Shown in pieces: positions 61,393-64,000 of a stretch of DNA of 64,000 nucleotides. Every line of letters starts with the position of its first letter. Position 1 is the first letter of the stretch. The stretch spans positions 467-64,466 of the forward strand of contig WFNO01000086.1 of assembly GCA_015488555.1 (NCBI GenBank). Direction: 5' to 3'. The DNA comes from Gammaproteobacteria bacterium (lineage in GTDB: Bacteria > Pseudomonadota > Gammaproteobacteria > SZUA-140). The notes under the pieces are model-generated. The model was not told the origin of the DNA, searched no databases, and saw only the letters and a program-made list of their open reading frames with translations. The position numbers were made by a program, and so were the translations under genes.

Positions 61393-61676
61393 CTTACTAA
61401 GACAAACGATGATAAAGCCTCATTCAGAGCGTGCCCGATGCGCCGCATCAAGGCGCGCTTCGCAGGCAATGGCCCGGCCCTTGGCAAGAAGCGCAACACC
61501 GAGGCGCCGCATCCGGCGCGCTCCCCCTGGAGCGGATCTCGGGGCGGGCCTCTGGACGGCCATCCGCGGTGTTGCGCCCCCTTGGCATAGCTCAGGCTAT
61601 GCCGGCGTCGGCGCGCCTAGCGGACTGACCGTCCAGAGACCCGCTGAATGAGGCTTTGTCATCGTTTGTCTTAGTA
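61393..61676. mobile_element. MITE-like non-coding element, about 284 bp, with 33-bp terminal inverted repeats (32/33 match)
   Basis: The left repeat (TACTAAGACAAACGATGATAAAGCCTCATTCAG, 61395-61427) is reverse-complementary to the right repeat (61644-61676) with one mismatch. The interior contains two copies of a roughly 20-bp GC-rich direct repeat and small hairpins. No credible ORF. Confidence 0.45.
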
Positions 61677-61769
61677 TACGCCGCCGCGCCCCGCAACCCC
61701 ATCCCGGCCCGCCTCATCTCCAGCGATACGCCCGCTTCGGGACGGCCGTGAAGGGCGTCCCGGCGCCAC

Positions 61770-62219
61770 TCAGGGAACTACTTCTATGGTGATCGCTTCG
61801 GAAACCAGAGGTGGATCGTGGGGCACGTGATCGTGATCACCCAGGATGAGGCGCAGTGTATGCTTGCCCGGCGGCAAATCCAGCCACACCTCTGTCTGTC
61901 CACCTCCGAAATGGCGATGGTTGGCATCCTTGGGCAGGGGCCGGTCCAGCGGCGGCAACCGCTCCACGTCGATGAGCAAATGATGATGGCCGGTACCGGG
62001 CTTCGCCACCCCGGCCGGGGCGACACCCATACCCTGCAGGCCGAAGCGCACCCGCACCGGGCTGCGCACCACTTCTCCATGGACGGGAGAAACGATGTAC
62101 ACATTGGCCCCCGGAGACGACGGCGTGCGTGCCCAGGCGGGCATCGCGAACATCAACACACCGGCGGCAATACCCGCCAGCACCCACCTGCGATGGTTCT
62201 TCAGCCCCACAATACGCAT
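61770..62219 (-). CDS. DUF4399-like periplasmic protein
   Basis: Signal peptide (MRIVGLKNHRRWVLAGIAAGVLMFAMPAWA) and a GHHHLLID motif; GGAGAG RBS upstream. Trimmed from ORF 61770..62312. Confidence 0.6.
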   Translation of the reverse strand: MRIVGLKNHRRWVLAGIAAGVLMFAMPAWARTPSSPGANVYIVSPVHGEVVRSPVRVRFGLQGMGVAPAGVAKPGTGHHHLLIDVERLPPLDRPLPKDANHRHFGGGQTEVWLDLPPGKHTLRLILGDHDHVPHDPPLVSEAITIEVVP

Positions 62220-62506
62220 CGTTGTACTCTCCATGGCGATTCCAGGCATTCGGTCCGGCCGCTCGCACAGGAGCCGAGGCTCACGGCGCGCAGGGGACCG
62301 TTGGTTGAGCATTCTACCCGATTTCGGCGCGCCACAAACATGTTTTGGAGATCCATCTTTCTTTTCAATCCGTTAGAATGTCGCCAGCATACCGCAGGAC
62401 CCGATCCAAGCTTGATTTCGAACGCTGGCGGCCGATATCAAATTGAGACCAGCCAACAAGAACGGGACATCGGCCACATCGTTGCAAAGAAGCCAGTACG
62501 ATCACC

Positions 62507-63742
62507 ATGTCCAATTCCCTGCAAAAGATCCGCGTGGAACACCTCAAGTTCGGAATGTACGTCTCTCGGCTCGACCGTCCCTGGCTGGAAACCGACTTCC
62601 TGTTCCAGGGTTTCCATGTCCAGAGCATAGACGACATCCGCCGCCTGCGCGAATATTGCGACTATGTGTACGTGGATCCCGTGAAGGGGAAACCGGTACC
62701 GAGAAAACTGCTGGTCAACACCCAACACGCCTATGAAGACAAGCTGGCGCGCATCTTCAGGGAGCCCCGCGGGGCAGAACGCTATCCCACTGTCACCAGT
62801 ATGGAGGAAGAATTCAAGATCGCCCGCCAGGGCTACGACAACACCTTGGACCTGGTCACCAACATCATGGAGGATGTGAAAGCTCGGCGCAAGATCAAGA
62901 TCAAGGCCGTGCGCCGACAACTTCAACAGATGATTGCCAGCATCCTGCGTAATCCTGATGCCTTCCTGTGGCTGAAACAACTGAAAGAACGCGACAACTA
63001 TGCCTATGCCCACTGCGTGGACGCCAGTGGGCTGGCTATCGCCTTTGGTCGCCACCTGGGGCTGCCTCAGGAAGAACTGGAACATCTGGCCATTGGTACG
63101 CTCCTGTTCGACATCGGCAAGCTGCAGTTACCGGTGGAGCTGCTGCACAAACGAGGACGCCTCACCGAGCGAGAATACGCGCTCATCAAGCGCCACGTCC
63201 AGATCGGGGTCGAGCTGGTGCGGGAAATGGAGGGCAGTAACCCACACATCGTCTCCGTGGTCCTGCACCATCACGAACGCCACGACGGACGCGGCTACCC
63301 GCGCGGCGTTGGAGGCCCCCAAATCCCGGTCAACGGCCGCATCGCGGCGTTGGTGGACTGTTACGACGCCATTACCAGTGATCGCCCCTACCGTCCTGCC
63401 CTCTCCTCCTGTGAAGCCATTAAACTGCTGTACGACTGCCGAGATAAGGATTTCCAGAGCGACATGGTGGAACAATTCATCCAGTGCATCGGCCCCTATC
63501 CTCCCGGCACCCTGGTAGAACTGAATACTGGCGAGGTAGGGCTGGTCCTGTCCCAGAATCGTACCCGGCGCCTGCGCCCTCGTATCATGCTGATCCTGGG
63601 CCCAGATAAGCGTCCTTATACACGTCAAGTGATCCTCAATCTCCTGGACGACCCCAAGGACTCGCAAGGGAGACTCATCGAGATCAAACGTCCATTGCCG
63701 CCAGGCAGTCACGGTATCGATGTACGGGATTATTATTTGTGA
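62507..63742 (+). CDS. HD-GYP domain c-di-GMP phosphodiesterase with N-terminal DUF3391-like domain
   Basis: HD motif (LLFDIGK, HHERHDGRGYP) including the GYP signature. Confidence 0.85.
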   Translation: MSNSLQKIRVEHLKFGMYVSRLDRPWLETDFLFQGFHVQSIDDIRRLREYCDYVYVDPVKGKPVPRKLLVNTQHAYEDKLARIFREPRGAERYPTVTSMEEEFKIARQGYDNTLDLVTNIMEDVKARRKIKIKAVRRQLQQMIASILRNPDAFLWLKQLKERDNYAYAHCVDASGLAIAFGRHLGLPQEELEHLAIGTLLFDIGKLQLPVELLHKRGRLTEREYALIKRHVQIGVELVREMEGSNPHIVSVVLHHHERHDGRGYPRGVGGPQIPVNGRIAALVDCYDAITSDRPYRPALSSCEAIKLLYDCRDKDFQSDMVEQFIQCIGPYPPGTLVELNTGEVGLVLSQNRTRRLRPRIMLILGPDKRPYTRQVILNLLDDPKDSQGRLIEIKRPLPPGSHGIDVRDYYL

Positions 63743-63743
63743 C

Positions 63744-64000
63744 ATGTCCGTGACTGCCGCCCAATCCCTCACCCGCGCACAGTTGCTGGACCTGCTGGAC
63801 CGGCAAATCGACACCGCCGGTGCAGGCCACAACCTGGCCCTCTTGCTATTCGACCTACGTGATTTCCGGCGCATCAACGCCGGCTACGGCCAGCGCGTGG
63901 GAGACGCGGTACTGGCGGCCGCAGCAGAACGCATACGACAAGTACTGCGTCCTGGTGACCCTCTCTTCTATCTGGGACACGACGAATTCGCCGTGCTCTT
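63744..64000 (+). CDS. GGDEF-domain (diguanylate cyclase-like) protein, 3'-truncated by the window end
   Basis: ATG 2 nt after the HD-GYP stop. LLLFDLRDFRRINAGYGQRVGD resembles the start of a GGDEF domain. Only 85 aa are visible. Confidence 0.55.
   Translation, partial: MSVTAAQSLTRAQLLDLLDRQIDTAGAGHNLALLLFDLRDFRRINAGYGQRVGDAVLAAAAERIRQVLRPGDPLFYLGHDEFAVL

Noticed and set aside
61298-61651. 117-aa ORF (and antisense 91-aa ORF 61224..61499) inside the inverted-repeat/MITE-like region
   Set aside because: Product is Arg/Ala-rich low complexity spanning the repeat interior, which is made of short self-complementary repeats. Better interpreted as non-coding.

Overview
High-GC gammaproteobacterial chromosomal segment, dense in conserved housekeeping genes, with strong E. 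coli / Pseudomonas-like synteny. In order: lysS (5' truncated); an HDOD protein and ygfZ on the minus strand; sdhC-sdhD-sdhA-sdhB-sdhE-ygfX/cptA-like on the plus strand; nadB (minus) divergent from rpoE-rseA-rseC-degP(mucD) with no rseB; lepA-lepB-DUF4845-rnc-era-recO-pdxJ-acpS; an initiator tRNA-fMet (metY-like); a ~2 kb apparently lower-GC insertion carrying a class-C-like beta-lactamase-family lipoprotein; then rimP-nusA-infB-rbfA-truB-rpsO-pnp. After pnp comes an accessory-looking stretch: a 995-aa ACP / fatty-acyl-AMP ligase / lysophospholipid-acyltransferase tri-domain fusion, a convergent PilZ protein, cysM, a PolB-like 3'-5' exonuclease overlapping a CYTH protein, and a peptidoglycan-recycling-like cluster (peptide SBP, signal-less YkuD-fold enzyme, two ABC permeases without ATPases, nagZ). 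Further on: di-haem cytochrome c peroxidase, parvulin PPIase, yciI/yciV(PHP)/yciO, an M50 peptidase, trpS, scpA-scpB-rluB, an Nth-like glycosylase, a two-gene lol system (one permease plus lolD), DUF2062, comEC, and exbB-exbD-ycaR-kdsB with no lpxK. The 3' end is a signalling corner: LMW protein-tyrosine phosphatase, a stand-alone cNMP-binding protein, two inverted-repeat non-coding elements (one MITE-like with 33-bp terminal inverted repeats), DUF4399, an HD-GYP phosphodiesterase and the start of a GGDEF gene. Gene boundaries were refined from the ORF track by locating conserved N-termini. No CRISPR array, rRNA or integrase was seen.
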